A stretch of DNA of 64,000 nucleotides from Trichosphaerium sp. ATCC 40318 (lineage: Eukaryota > Protista > Tubulinea). Below the pieces are notes generated by a model. The model had not been told where the DNA came from, did not search any database, and saw only the letters and a program-made list of their open reading frames with translations. The stretch lies in the NCBI GenBank assembly GCA_038496445.1, contig JALMLS010000578.1, forward strand, positions 503,816-567,815, written 5' to 3'. Positions within the stretch are counted from its first letter, which is position 1; the number at the start of each line of letters is the position of its first letter. The position numbers were made by a program, and so were the translations under genes. This document shows, piece by piece, positions 63,392 to 64,000 of this stretch.

Positions 63392-63954
63392 TCACCATTT
63401 TATTGCGAGCGGGTTAGTGACTTCAATACTTGGAATGAAGTTGTAACTAGTGTACAGTATATCGCGGGCCTTTTGACTCTGAGGATTACCAAGCCATTCT
63501 TTGTATAGTTTACTGAATTCTGGGTTGTCTTCAGGTTCCCTATAGGATTGTTTGCTATATAACGTTCGAAGACGTGCAACCATTTTATTACCTTTTAACA
63601 ACAGTCAGCAAAACGCTCAATGGAAAAAAACGGTTTACACAATAAAAAGAATAACATTTTACAAATTTATGATCAAATGTCACGTGACGCTGAATACGTG
63701 AACAACAAAATGTCCAAAAAAAAAAACTGTAAAACGTTTCGAACAAAAAACTCACCGTTGTCTGGTTGTTCAGGCTTTATTGTCCCCCACCGTTTAGACA
63801 CCCTATTACATAGTTAATTGAGGTATATATATATAAATTAGCTCAAGTACCTTTAGGGCATGCCATGACTTCTACAAAGTCGAAATTACAATCACCTTTC
63901 TTCATCTTTTTAATCAAAGTTGTGATATTTCTAAACCCATATGCAAACGCAAAT
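63392..63954 (-). CDS. NAR1: Nar1/CIAO3 (NARFL) cytosolic Fe-S assembly factor, 3' part
   Basis: FAFAYGFRNI..FVEVMACPKGCLNGGGQ and a C-terminal LYKEWL..KARDILYTSY..IKW. The gene continues beyond the window. Confidence 0.88.
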
Positions 63955-64000
63955 CTAAAAACTACCTCTCCGTTGAACTATTTTATTGAAAAAATAAAAA

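Noticed and set aside
63392-63954. [FeFe]-hydrogenase (EVMACPxGC motif) implying an anaerobe
   Set aside because: YGFRNI and the terminal ..IKW are diagnostic of Nar1/CIAO3, the ubiquitous non-catalytic homologue.
1-64000. Alternative genetic code or stop read-through as the cause of ORF fragmentation
   Set aside because: Short GT-AG introns explain the breaks. TAA (GH3), TAG (ABCG copy 2) and TGA (GST copy 1) all act as true stops.
1-64000. CRISPR arrays, tRNA/rRNA genes, prokaryotic operons
   Set aside because: None seen by eye. The bacterial-like genes carry spliceosomal introns, so they are not contamination.

Overview
AT-rich (roughly one third GC by eye), gene-dense eukaryotic DNA, probably from a protist. 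It has many short (about 40-130 nt) spliceosomal introns and uses the standard genetic code, so the ORF track is fragmented and the genes below were spliced by hand. In order the window holds: a small membrane protein; an RCC1-repeat/SAM-like protein; a giant conserved AbpF/Planctomycete-type protein; a GntP-family permease head-to-head with a secreted GH3 glycosidase; an F-box/LRR gene; two tandem GSTs; two hypothetical genes; a CBM48 + EPEPVK-repeat + coactosin (ADF-H) fusion; a homologue of the C-terminal domain of plant ASCH proteins; a bacterial/trypanosomatid-type glucokinase; another F-box/LRR gene; an HRDC-F-box protein; two tandem ABCG half-transporters plus a decayed third copy; a tail-anchored F-box protein; a ROK sugar kinase fused to a bromodomain; a PX-C2-arrestin protein; a ~1.8-kb inverted duplication enclosing an F-box/LRR gene; a small secreted protein; a frameshifted F-box/LRR gene; and the 3' end of Nar1/CIAO3. 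Best leads: (1) the ROK-bromodomain fusion, a possible sugar-sensing chromatin reader; (2) the CBM48-coactosin fusion, a possible glycogen-actin tether; (3) about tenfold enrichment of the palindrome CACGTG across the window; (4) several GC-AG introns and one GA-AG intron. Family calls come from remembered motifs, not database searches. Single-base indel errors are probably present.
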